A DNA stretch of 64,000 nucleotides, from assembly GCA_010405405.1 (NCBI GenBank), contig MU004233.1, positions 2,458,539-2,522,538 on the forward strand, read 5' to 3'. The stretch comes from Microthyrium microscopicum (lineage: Eukaryota). This document shows, one piece after another, positions 11,832-23,679 of the stretch. Below the pieces are notes generated by a model. The model had not been told where the DNA came from and searched no databases. It saw only the letters and a list, made by a program, of their open reading frames with translations. The position numbers were made by a program, and so were the translations under genes. Numbering within the stretch: the first letter of the stretch is position 1; every line of letters begins with the position of its first letter.

Positions 11832-12651
11832 TTTGAACCTTGCTTAATTGTTTCAGCAGCAGCAGGCAAGGTTTGTGATTATTGGAGAATGATTGGCGAG
11901 TGATTAGTGGAGTATGAAAAGATGGAGGCAGTTGATCGGATCGGACCGCGGGAAGGTTGAGAGATGGTGCTGGGATCTTGATGTAGGCTTTGTCGTGCTG
12001 TCTTTCAACATCCAATAGAAGAGCGGTTCAAATGTACAGTAGCTGCATGCACACGAGTTGCTCTCGCTCAGCGCTGTACATGTACATGTACATGTATGTA
12101 TGTCGAGGAATGCGGCAGTGGTTATGGGCGATCGAGCTCAAATATGTCTTCTGCTGTCAGTTGGCCTGGAACTGATTCGCATTGCGTACATTGCTGCAGC
12201 CTGTTGCATATTACATTAGTGTCCGTCCTACATTTTGACTTGTTTTATTCGCAAGCAACACTTCATTGCTCTGAGTTTGCAGATACACTTGATCATTCGA
12301 TGAAGATCATTCGATGAAGATAGTCCGATGGCTTTTCAAAGCCTCAGTGTTTGAGCGTCGCATTTCAACCGATTTCTCGGGATCGAGTAGGATTATCAAG
12401 AATACACAAGTGGAAATGGTGAAACCGCAAGGAGAAGGAAAAAGAAAACCAGTATTCCCCGATCCGTATTGTGTAACAGACCAGATCAGGACAGATTCGA
12501 ACCAATGACGGTTCGAGACTGAACTGATTCAGTGACGGCCCACGGGCATTTCTTTTTAGCTCCCCCCAGATTGCGTCTTCTAGAATAGCTTTTGGAAAAG
12601 TTCGGCGGCGCAGTAGTGTAACAAGAGGCTCAACAACGACTGGCAACCAGC

Positions 12652-12664
12652 TTCCTGAAAGTTC
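12652..12664. promoter_or_regulatory. Perfect three-unit heat-shock element (TTCnnGAAnnTTC)
   Basis: TTCCTGAAAGTTC in the divergent intergenic region between the GliK-like and AT-hook genes; a further TTCTAGAA lies at ~12578. Confidence 0.35.
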
Positions 12665-13457
12665 CCGTTAGTGGTTCAGAGAAAACTGTCACACTCGCAC
12701 CGGATCGACTTTGAGAGCGAGTTTCCGCGATAGGACGAGATGCGGTCTTGTCCAAAGAGTTTGTTCTAGTGCTGCTCAGTATTCACCGGCCAGGGTTCAT
12801 GGCAGCACAAACAGTAGCCCGCATCATCTGGTCAGAACTGTGAGCGACGACATGGATACAAGCTGTGAAATTGATTGGGCATGGAAGCTGTGGACTCGGG
12901 AGAAGGCTGGAAACCGGGTAGCCTGGTAAGGAAACACAAGCAACCTCGACGAACTAAGCTAGGGAATTCAGGGAATAGCAACTTCCGACAGGGACAGTTT
13001 AGAGGAGTCGATATGGTTTTAATTGGGGAGAAGCGAAACTACCAGCTAGTTTCCAGCCTTCCAGACCTACCTAGGAAAGTAGTGAGCTTGATCTATGTTA
13101 GATTCACCTGTAAAGGCCCGAATGATGTGGCTAGGATCAATTTAAGGTCAGATATAATATCAATATGCCCTATGATTTGTAGAAAAAGGTACGAGAAGTG
13201 TCGAGAACTACTGAATACGGTAGTAATAGAGAGTAGGTACGTATGTATCCAAGTAGTAGCGATGGAGCAAGAGGTTCAGCGCTAAAGATCGCGCAGTTTA
13301 TAAGGGCCTGAGACTGTCTGGTACATTTACAAGCAAAAAGGATCGATTATGGGGGATTTAATATTGTGGATATTACTGGCGATGCCTGCTGGCGGTGCTA
13401 AAAATGCCTGCATTTTCAATTGCCTGCCAAAAGCCATGTCTGTGCTTCTAAGCTTGC

Positions 13458-13483
13458 CAGTGTGGACAGTGTGGACAGTGTGG
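13458..13483. repeat. Short tandem repeat (CAGTGTGGA)x~3
   Basis: cagtgtggacagtgtggacagtgtgg read directly. Confidence 0.8.
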
Positions 13484-14909
13484 TGGTGGTTAGCTTGTTA
13501 GTTTTTGTTGGCTTGGCTCAGGCTGGCGACGACTGAAGCTCCCAACAGAGCAGGTTCCACGACTTGTCTCCTCCCATCAAAATGGTTGCTGGAGGTTGTT
13601 GAAGCTCGCGACCCATTCTTCTTTGGTCTCTATCATCAAGACCTCAAGACGTCTTCTCCTCTTTTCTTCTATGTGGCTGGGCTGCACTTTCCTCATTTCA
13701 ACGTAACCTCCATCGCTGCTGCAGTTGGCAGAAAAGGCAGTCTACACCCGCAGGTCGCGCCTTCCCAGCTCTGGTCGAGTGCTGGACTGCTCCTTCCTTC
13801 TTTGGTGCTCACAGCTCCAAAAAAAACTAACAACACCAACACCATCTCCATCTTCAGTTTTTACCATCTCTTCTCATCCACTCAAATCTCCCCAGAGGAC
13901 CGTAATATTCTATTGATTAATTCCCATCTGCAGGTTCAACTCCACCTGCGTCACCTACTGGTATAATCTGCTCCCCAGCCTGTCTTCAATAACCACGTCC
14001 GACACTCCTGGGACCTGCAGGCCTACTGCATGCACACGGGCTGCACGGAACTCGTTCTACTGCATGAGGCCACACCTGGGCGTTGTTCTACAAGCTCTCC
14101 ATTAATTCCTACTCTTGTCAATTCATCCATTGGCTCCCAGCTCAGACCTACAGTCCTGCTGCATCATCTCGAAAAGGCTCGGTAGCCTCCACGGCCATTC
14201 GCTAGCTGGCTTTTCTTTCCGGCTCGAGACTTGACCCTGCTTAACTCTGCTAATTCATGGACTCGTTGGTCGTCTGAATTCCGTGATAGCTGCTGAGCTC
14301 TTACATTCCCTTTCTCAAGCATCATTCTCCACCGGGTGCTGCTCGGGGCGAACATGTTCGCTCTGCCATCTTCAATTCTTCCTGGACCTTAATATTCCTG
14401 CTCCTTATCAGTCGCTCGTTTTGCTACTTAATTGCTACTTGTTTCTATCGTTCAACTCCTTCGTTATTCCGGTCATTCGCTTGTTCGCGTTTCCTCTGTC
14501 TACAGGCGCGGTTCAGGCATTAGTACAACCTCTATTCCTGCCTTGAACTTTGTCCCATCATCCAAACACTATTCAGTTAATGCTATTGTACTGCATGCCT
14601 CTCGTTCTGGCTGAAGATTCTGGAGCGTATCATCGCTCCATCCCTAACAGTATCACTCTCCCAAGCCTCTCTACCCTTTCGACTTCCTCTCATCTTTCCA
14701 GCATTTCCCATTCGCCTCCGACCTCCTTGCTTGGGTCTGTACCTTCTCCGTCCAGTCATTATCTTCAGCGTTCGACTACTGCCAGCCCCAGTTTTGCTTC
14801 CGCAAACTCTGTCACTTCGTTAGCATCTGGTACTTCTGCGCCGGCCTCGCTACAGCACTTTCCGCCTGGTAGCTTTCGTTCCTTTCCCTCGCCCATTTCT
14901 CCTGCCGAC

Positions 14910-16055
14910 ATGAATCCGAATCGCCCACAACCCCCGCCGCAGCCTCCGCAATCCTGGCGCTCCGAGGAACTTCAGCCTATTGATGAAAGAGAATGGGTTC
15001 GTTTTGCCTCATTTTCTGTTTTCATCCAAACTTGCCACAAAACTGACATGGATACTTAGGTTCATCTTTTCAGTGAAATACTTCAGCAAGCTCGGCGTCC
15101 ACCACTTCAGCAACCGGTCCAATCAGCCTCTACCATCTTACATGAGTATATAACAAATAATGGAATCGTCCCGGCATGGGATGAGATACCGTTACCTGGC
15201 GGTATGTATTGTTTCTCTATACCTCAGTTTGAGCTAACAAAAGATCAAGGGAGGTCTCTTCGGTCTTTCCAGCATGCCTTCGATAATTTCTCAAGGCAGG
15301 GAGCTAACGCATACTATCCAATGAATCCGCCTCCTTTGAAAAGGTCTTTGCAAGTAGACTCACAAACTCAGCATGGTCGTGTAATAGCACCCAAACCAGT
15401 GGCTGGACCGGTTGGCCCCACCAGACCCATAGGCCCGACACATTCAACTCCTTTGTCGCCAATGGGCGGTCCTCACATGCCTACAGAACAGAGAAAGAAG
15501 CGCGGACGACCTTCCAAAAAAGAGCAAGAGGAAAGGCGTCTCATGTTTGCGGCAGCCAGAATGGAACAGACGCAACATCCAGGACCTATGGCATATTTGC
15601 AGTCTCCCGCTACTTATGGCCATCCTCAACAGCCAATGCCGTCTTCCGAAATTTCTCCAACTGTACCGCAAAGCGCGCCTCATAGTGTCCCTCAAAGTCC
15701 TGTAATACCAGCCCCGCTACAGCCTGGTGCAACCATGTCAACCCCACGACAGGCCTCCCGAGCAGAATCTAGTGGCACATCGAACTCTAGCGGCAAAAGG
15801 AAACGAGGTCGACCAGGCAAAACGCCAAGCGCAGTAAACCCCCAGCCATTTGGGTCTATAGGGAGATCAGAAGACTACAATACCCCACCTCACACAGCAT
15901 CAAGGGAAGAACGGCGCGAATCAGAACCTTCATTGAGAGAACCACAAGGCGGAAGCTCATCGGCACCTCCAGAAACCGGTGGGCGATCCGGCCAGGCGGA
16001 TACCGGAGAGTCAACGCAACAAGGTTCTTGGAAGAACACGATATTGAACGAATGA
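14910..16055 (+). CDS. AT-hook-containing putative chromatin/DNA-binding protein, 3 exons
   Basis: Two AT-hooks (KKRGRPSK, KRKRGRPGK). Introns ~14997-15059 and ~15202-15249 join EREW|VHLFSEIL...WDEIPLPG|GRSLRSF. An upstream in-frame ATG (~14580) could add a Ser-rich extension. Confidence 0.8.
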
Positions 16056-19000
16056 TAAACGCATCAGCATAAACTGGCGGATATTTTCCTTTTCTCGAGC
16101 GAAACGAAACGACTTCATGCAATCAACGCGGTCGTATTTTTTTCGGAGTGGTTAATTGGATCATTTTTCCTATCGCTAAAAGATCCAGATAACCTACCAA
16201 CCTCCTTGATTTTACGAAAGTTATAGCATTTTCCGGACAAACGCTTGGACCCATAGATTTTTGCCTTTCCTCTCACTCTCTTGTTTTTCACATCGGGCGG
16301 CTATCAAAACGCCAATCCTGGGGCCATTTATGGAATGTTTTCAGACAGTTTTAGTAGGGCGATTTGCAACGACATCCCTGAGGCGAACCTGGAAGACGTT
16401 AATAATCCATGAAATCTCACGAGGCCAACGTCAATAGCGATACGACTTGCAACGGCAGGCAACAAAAATTCGTCGGCCGTGCCATAGTATATAATGTTTT
16501 TTAGGGTTTCTGTTCATTTTTTGGGTTTTCTCCACGATTTACTCCGAGTATGGCTTAGTTTGTAATGTCTATGTTCTATTATTCTTTTCTAACCTTTTCA
16601 TGGTTAATTATGCAAATATAACGGCCGAACAAGAAAGAGGGTTGACGAAAAAGGGAATCCGGGGAGCCCGAAAGGATGGTTCTTTTTCATGGGGGCCTCA
16701 TACTAATGTGGATCTTGTTTTCGTGTCTGAGTATATTACTTACTAGTTGCTATCAAGGGTTTATTTTGGCAAAAAGGCTGGGTCGGGGCGCACAGAGCTC
16801 TAATCTTCATGGGCTGCTACTGTCGAACCTTCTCAGCGGGTCTGTTTTTCATATCTTGAGTTGTATAAAAGTCGCGAGTTTTTCATTTCCTTTCCTTTCT
16901 TACCAGCCTCTGGAAATCCTCTCGAGGGGTTCTGCATGAGGCACTTTTATGTATATTAGACTACTCTAGACTTTGGCTAGCGGACGAGGATATGTACGAG
17001 ATCTAACGGAATTCCATTGCTGCAACCTTCAATTTTTTATTTCACGGCAACTCCCGTGGGAACGCGTCTCTTCCTAAATGTCAACACAAACCTTACTTGT
17101 TGTTTGTGTACGTAATTCTAGCAAGATTTTACAATCAGTATCAGGCCAAGGGCCGAACTGGGCGGCAGGCATTGGCCTCTCGTTCAACGACATGGGGTTC
17201 AGCCGCTTGACCCGCTGTGCCCGCCTAGATACTCGACGAACGGGTCGGCTGGCTGATAGAAAGTATTTTCTTCTAGAAAGTGTCAGCAATCTGCGGTATG
17301 GATCGGTCCAAATGGAAAGAAGAAAGGTAAGCCGGGCCCGGAATCGGCTCAGCACAGAGCATGGGAGGATAATCACGATATTTTCAATAGGATTCGGAGC
17401 TCATTTGCTTAAATGGGGTTGATGCATTGGCTTCACTTTAGCTAGTAAATCCTTCTTCAATCCAGGCTATGTCCAGGTCCCAGGCCATGTCTTAGAACCA
17501 GGGTGTCTCTATGACCGCTTGTAAACACGCCAGGGCCAAAATGAAGGAAGATGGAGATTGCCATGTTTTTTTCTGTTGACGGCGTGACGTTGGGAAAAGT
17601 GTGGTTTAGGGAGGGAGGGCAGGCTGTCAGATCAATGGACATCCGCAAGTGAGACATTGTCTTAGCGCCACGAGCAGTAGCGGGTTTACCGTTGAATTTA
17701 GGCCAACCAGAAGAGAAATCAAGACGTTTTGAGGCTCGCAAAATAGAAATAACTGGCCCGAGTCATGGGCAGGAGAGAATTTGGGGCGGGCCTACCCGTT
17801 TTGCCCGTTCTGAGACGCGCCAATCGGCTCTCTCCTGAACTTATCCTGAAGCCAATCTTAACCTCAACTCCTTCTCATCCTTCAACCTTTTCTCCTTGTT
17901 CTTCTTCTTCCGACATTTACAATACTACCTTCAGCGAAAAAGCTTCTCAAGCCATCGCCCGGCAGAAACAGCCCACAGCAGGAAGAAACCACAATGGAAA
18001 GACGAAAAGAAGTATACATGAGCACGTTCTCGCGCGCGCCAACTCACGCATCTCTCCCTAGCCTTGCAGCATGCATTGCATATGCACCTATGTCCATCCG
18101 TGCCGCCAAAAAACCCTTTGTCTGCAACAATCCAAACCTTTCAAAAACGACCTGACCACCACGCAAAGAATGAGCCAAGAATCCAGAAAACGCCTGTTTG
18201 CCGCCGGCCGAGCAGAGATCAGTGCATCGAAACGAAAGTACGGACGGTTGGATGTTCACGGATCGAATGTTTACCATCGCGCATTGCAGCTTGCAATACC
18301 CACCCACTCAATACTGGCGCGTTTTCTTGTTTTTCTGGCTCGAGGCGATCGGTGGTGATTGTTTGAAGGGAGACGTGGAAATCGGCGGGCCGATGGACAG
18401 AATAAATGGCTACTGTGTCTCCCATCGCACTTCAGGATGAGAAGCTGCGTTGGTTCCCAGCGCATTCGATGGGAGAGCGTGGGTTCTACTTCGTACGCGT
18501 CGCGGGAATCCGAACACGGCTCAAACCGTGGTAGATGGGAACGCGCCATTTGTCCTGTGGACTGGTTGCGGCCGCTGATTTTACAATTGGCGACTCTCCG
18601 ACTCGCTCTGGGCAGCTTTTGGCACTATAGTGTTGTCACGGCCAGCGAAGAGCCGCAAGAAAAATGCAAAGCACACACGGCCCACCTGTGGAGATTGAAC
18701 ACTGCATGCAGAAAGCACTGCTTACCCGCACCAACCGAAAGTCAAAATAAGCAGACACTTCACCACAACTCTGCTGCAGTGCAACGTCTGCACCATCGCA
18801 ACTCCCAACGAAATCTTGCGTCCCATCGTGCAGCAGCATTCTCTCGTGTCCGGCGAGCTGGAAGCCAGTCAAACTAAAGCAAAATACAGTTTTTCTGTTG
18901 CCGTGCATCACTGCGCATCTTCATCTGGCATGCTTGCTTGTGCTTGCATCGAACCAAAAGCCCGCGTCACTAGCTTTCATGTTCGTTGAGCTTCCATTTT

Positions 19001-21016
19001 CTTTGGCTGCTGTGCGGCGGAGTTTTTCGACGCTGGCGTAGGATAAATGGATTGCATCCGTCGGTTTGAGCCAGCCATGGCGGACGACTTTCTCCTTTTT
19101 CCACTGAGATTGGCTATAACAAGAGCATTATTGATCATGTACAGTAAGACCTTTCGATGTGGCTGTTTGCCAGTAGTCGTGGCGGAACATTGCTCGTCGC
19201 AACTCCCACGAACGCGTTCCACGCTGTCTGGTTTTCGCGGCCAGATTGGCTGGGCGTGACGCATTTGTTATCAGTGGATGATTATACTTTTGCTGTGGGC
19301 TTGGCTTGCAGAATCAGTCGTGGATGATTTGCAATGGAAGGCTCCAAACACGCCTTTTTGCGGGTTTCTTCATGGCGAGATTGGCTACGATTTGCTTATT
19401 TACTGATCGTGTTACTAGTACCTTCTTCTGTGATCCTCTGGGCGGTAGCCATCGCAGATAGCCTTGACAGCCTGCATCGGTCTCAGGAAACGGCCCTCTC
19501 TCATTCTTTTTCCTAAGGCTAGATTGGTTGACATGCCCCTATTAGTGGTTATATCTAGTGATACCATTAGCTGCGGCTGAATAGCTGCATAGGTATTGCA
19601 AATATGCGATCCTGACACTTTCTTCACTCGAATAGCCGACTATCTACATCAGGAGGATTCACTAGCCTTGTCATTTGCCCTCCACACACCAGCCATGGCA
19701 AACGGCCGCGTCCCTGTTTCTGGAAGTACGATCCTCTCACCTTTCTCAATATTGAGATTGGCTACCACTACACGGGTGACTGGCTTGTATAGTGAAAGCC
19801 GTGGCAGATGACCGCAATCCTCCTCCTTGGTCACACTTTTATTCAACCGTCAAGATTGGCTGCCAGTTCACATTATCTAGGTCGGCGCTTTTCTCTGTGG
19901 CTCCAGCCACGGAGGCCAACTACGTTTCGTCTGCCAACGGTCTTGCGTCGCCGCTTCCCCATCGGTCGATTGGCGGTTTACATTGCCTCTTGCAACTTGT
20001 TTTTATCACTGCCCAGACGTTCCAAAGTGCCGCGCCCAAGCCGCGCGTGCCAGAGCCTGGCTTAACGGTCGCGCTTCGCGCTCTTATCCCCTGGACATGC
20101 AGATGCTCTGCTCGCTGAAGATCAAGCAGGAAAATTCGGGCGCTCCATCGGTTACGTCTCCTGCCAGAACCGTGAAAGCCATGGATGATGGGCTGATATC
20201 TTTGGCCTAGATGGCAAGACGATCGGGAGATTAATCCATATCAACGTCGTAGCCGAGCTGGCGCAGAAAGGCGTAGAATCATACGGTGAGTCTTGCGCTA
20301 GGGCGGAAGTATGTTCCGATGGAATGGAAACGTACCGGTAGGTGAGAGTTTCACGATTCAGGTGTCAGGCGATGGCCTTGGTGAATGCTGAACCAATGCA
20401 TTTTGTCGTCTTTCGGGATTGGACTTTTATTTGAGTGCTCTAATTGACGTTCAGAATCAAGAGTCGGCTATCGAAGCGGCTATTTCTAGAAGATATGCCC
20501 TGTAAGCGACGCATTCGCCAGATATGATAGCAGAGGTAAGATGTATTGCAGTACTGGTCGGATACATATGATCTACGCTGTCATTGTTCACGCGGACCGT
20601 AAGTGGTTAGCGATTCCATTTGCCTGAGCGGTTCTCTTGCTCAGCGACCGGTCTAATTTTCAAGGGCCAGCCTCATTACACGGTCAGCCCAGTTCTGCTT
20701 TATGCCTTCATCCCTTTGGGTTATGTTTGATAATATTGATAGTTGGGGGCGGTGTGTAGTCTGATAGAGAAGGTGACCATTCATACTTTCGAGGCATCAA
20801 AGTTGGCTGCACAGCCTCAAACTCACGACATGCTGAACATCCATGGATGGGCGGGCAAGGCAGCCTTCGGCATGCACATGCACACATGCATGCAGCTTGA
20901 GCTTCAGTGTTGGCTTGGCAGCCTGACCGCTCATCCATCTCATATTTCTAACCACTTCCTCCAACATTTATTCGTAGTATAGGATCTCATCACTAGTCGT
21001 TACTGACACGATAAGA

Positions 21017-23107
21017 ATGCTCAAACTCAAAGAAAAAGCCTCACGACCATGGAGCCATCACGCTGGCCACAAATATCTCTACGAGGAGCTGAAACATCCA
21101 GACAATATCCGGATCTTGAAGCTCCGGCGGACGAAAGCGCAGCTCGAGTGCACCATTCACCAAATAAAATACTCTGATGGTGGCTTCCAAGCCTTGTCCT
21201 ACGTCTGGGGCAGCCCGGAGATGCCTCACAAGATGGTCGTCCGCAATATGATTGGCATAAATCTGGGCTATATTCCCTTGACCGCGAGCCTAAAGGATGC
21301 ACTTCATGATTTGCGGGATTCCAGTCAGCTCAAAAGCAAAACGTTCTGGATTGATCAAATCTGTATCGACCAGACCGGCAAGGAAAAAAATCACCAGGTT
21401 GCGCTCATGGGCAAGATCTACGAGAATGCCGAGAGAGTGATCCTATATTGCGGACCTGCTCCCGTAAACAAGTTAGAAGAGGAGCGAGGAATGGCCTTGC
21501 TGAGGCTGCTCAACGAGCATTATGCCAAAAATAGGCCATTGATAGCCGTCTGCAAAAGTCTTCGGGACACCTTTTCGAGAAGGGCAGAGTTCTCGGTGCA
21601 GACACCACCGGTAGCTCTTGCATCAAGCGATGGGGAAATCAATCAATCAGGGCAAGATTGGTACCGGTCTGAAGATTGGACATGGCTGTTGCAAATGGTG
21701 TACGGCCAATGGACGGAGCGACTGTGGATTGTCCAAGAACTGCTTCTCAATCCAGAGCTCTTCATACTTTGTGGCTCACAACTGCTCCCCTGGGATGACC
21801 TTGCTTTGATATCCTTCCTTCATCGGCTCGACTCAACTGAGGCCGTGGGCGACGTTATCGATCGATTCTGGCAAGAAAATTTCCCGAACACTTTACGAGA
21901 CCCTGAACATGTTGGTAATTACTACTTTTCCATTTGGCGGTCAAGACAGCTTCGCAGAAGATCACGGTCTCCTTCTTATAGAAGTCTGCTTGAAAATATA
22001 GCTTACTATCCCGACCTCGACTGCTGCGACCCTCGCGATCGAATCTATGCCATGCTGGGTATTTCGTACGATTCAAAAGCATTGCAAATAGAACCGAACT
22101 ATGACGAAGCCTACACCATTGATCAATTATACCAAGATGTTTCCGTTAGCATCTTGACGGCCACTTCGAATCTCTACATGCTTTGCTTCTCCTGTAGATC
22201 TGGGCAACAGTGGGATTCATTTGAGGAGCCTCAAAGAGATGAAGGGCAGACCTCCTTGCTAGATGAGTGTTCATGGGCTTTGGGTATACCATACAATCCA
22301 TATCCTAATGCTCTGGGCCTTGGTTTCAAGGCGCATCCTGAACAAACCCTAAAGAGCACCGTCGTATTCCACAGCTCGGATTCAGTGCTAAGTCTGAAAG
22401 GCTGTATCGTGGACGGCATATCAATGGCCGCTACTACTACTTGGGCGCTGAAAATAGATGATAGGCAAAACATCGCGTCTATTATGCAAAAGTTTTGTCA
22501 AGACGTTCTCAGTTGGATAACGATGCTCGAAGAGCTTGGTACCACAGTCCAAATTGTTAAATCGCTCTGTCGCGTATTGGTTGCTGATCCTTCTTGGGAA
22601 CCTCTGGCATCAAAGGCAAGTACTGGTGTCGATCCGTACGCCTACACTCTCTTCCTATTCTGTCGTTATGTAGCCTGGTACGGGCGAGAAGACCACGTGC
22701 TAGCGGTACTCGATGAGAGAATGAAAGGTTGCTTGGAGCAATGCGACAAATTGATTCTCGATCTTGCTCCCCTTCTACTCGATGAATCAACTTTGCAAAG
22801 CTTCAGTCTAGGAGCTGAACTCACATCCGATCAGTATGCATATGCAAAGGATATACACAGTCACTCAGGCGTTCATGGCCGCTCTCTGGGGACTACGAAC
22901 AGCGGCCGAATGTACAATGCGATGAATCAACCAAGAAAAGGTGACGTGATCGCAGCTTTGCAAGGCTCGCATTGTCTTTGGGTTTTGCGACCTGTGGGAA
23001 AGAGATATCGATTGATTGGGGATGCATGGGTGGATGGACTCATGGACGGCGAATTTTACGAAGGTTTAGACTATAATGAGGTGGACTATGATATCGAGCT
23101 GATCTGA
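21017..23107 (+). CDS. HET-domain (heterokaryon incompatibility, HET-6-like) protein, intronless
   Basis: IRIL..., FQALSYVWG, FWIDQICIDQ..EKNHQVALMGKIYENAERV, WTERLWIVQE, CDPRDRIYAMLG and the C-terminal GD.I..L.G...VLRP...YRLIGDAWVDGLMDGE. Confidence 0.93.
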   Translation: MLKLKEKASRPWSHHAGHKYLYEELKHPDNIRILKLRRTKAQLECTIHQIKYSDGGFQALSYVWGSPEMPHKMVVRNMIGINLGYIPLTASLKDALHDLRDSSQLKSKTFWIDQICIDQTGKEKNHQVALMGKIYENAERVILYCGPAPVNKLEEERGMALLRLLNEHYAKNRPLIAVCKSLRDTFSRRAEFSVQTPPVALASSDGEINQSGQDWYRSEDWTWLLQMVYGQWTERLWIVQELLLNPELFILCGSQLLPWDDLALISFLHRLDSTEAVGDVIDRFWQENFPNTLRDPEHVGNYYFSIWRSRQLRRRSRSPSYRSLLENIAYYPDLDCCDPRDRIYAMLGISYDSKALQIEPNYDEAYTIDQLYQDVSVSILTATSNLYMLCFSCRSGQQWDSFEEPQRDEGQTSLLDECSWALGIPYNPYPNALGLGFKAHPEQTLKSTVVFHSSDSVLSLKGCIVDGISMAATTTWALKIDDRQNIASIMQKFCQDVLSWITMLEELGTTVQIVKSLCRVLVADPSWEPLASKASTGVDPYAYTLFLFCRYVAWYGREDHVLAVLDERMKGCLEQCDKLILDLAPLLLDESTLQSFSLGAELTSDQYAYAKDIHSHSGVHGRSLGTTNSGRMYNAMNQPRKGDVIAALQGSHCLWVLRPVGKRYRLIGDAWVDGLMDGEFYEGLDYNEVDYDIELI

Positions 23108-23308
23108 AGGCTGACATATTTCGCTCAGTCTGATATGTTCTTCTCTGGAGATGGACGCGCTGCATATTTCTGGGATTTTCTCCTCTTCCCCATATCCCAA
23201 CAAGCATAAGCTGGGTTATCTGGGCCTCTTTTTAGCGGAAATGGTGGCCTTTAGTCGACGGGATGATGACCGAATGTGTCTCCTCTCATCAAGTAGTACT
23301 GTAGCTGT

Positions 23309-23441
23309 CATCGAGTATGTTATGTCCTTTCGAGTGTCTTATGTTCCGTCCAGCGCGTTGTCTTCCATCGAAGGCGTTATTTCCCATCGAGTGCGTTCTC
23401 TCCAAACGAGTGTGTTACTTCCCATCGAGTGCCTTGTACCC
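23309..23441. repeat. Degenerate minisatellite, 7 x 19 bp, consensus CATCGAGTGCGTTATNTCC
   Basis: Units without indels: catcgagtatgttatgtcc / tttcgagtgtcttatgttc / cgtccagcgcgttgtcttc / catcgaaggcgttatttcc / catcgagtgcgttctctcc / aaacgagtgtgttacttcc / catcgagtgccttgtaccc. Confidence 0.85.
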
Positions 23442-23679
23442 AGACAGTATATGCCGGGTATACCTAGACGATACAGAGCGTCTGCTGCCATTCTGCGGAA
23501 TACTACTCTTCGAATTGCTGTCACATAGCAAGCTCACAAATCAAAAAGTAAGATGTCCAGTTTGCACTTGTGTTCTGGACCCAATATCAACACTGGTACA
23601 CTCTCGAAAACTTTTTCTAGACGCAAATATTTCACGTTATATTCAAATCTTGTCAACTCTTCATTCTATCTATTCAACG

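Noticed and set aside
12075..12101. (TGTACA)n palindromic microsatellite; a similar CATGCA run lies at ~20871-20893
   Set aside because: Common low-complexity fungal intergenic repeats.
16499..16510. TTAGGGTTT as a telomere seed or telomerase RNA template
   Set aside because: Single unit that does not match the expected TAACCCTAA template; no supporting structure seen.
20128..20145. GGAAAATTCGGG resembling RNase P RNA CR-I
   Set aside because: Imperfect match and no complementary CR-V/P4 partner found.
23309..23441. CRISPR interpretation of the 19-bp array
   Set aside because: Eukaryotic context, contiguous units without unique spacers, and no cas genes.
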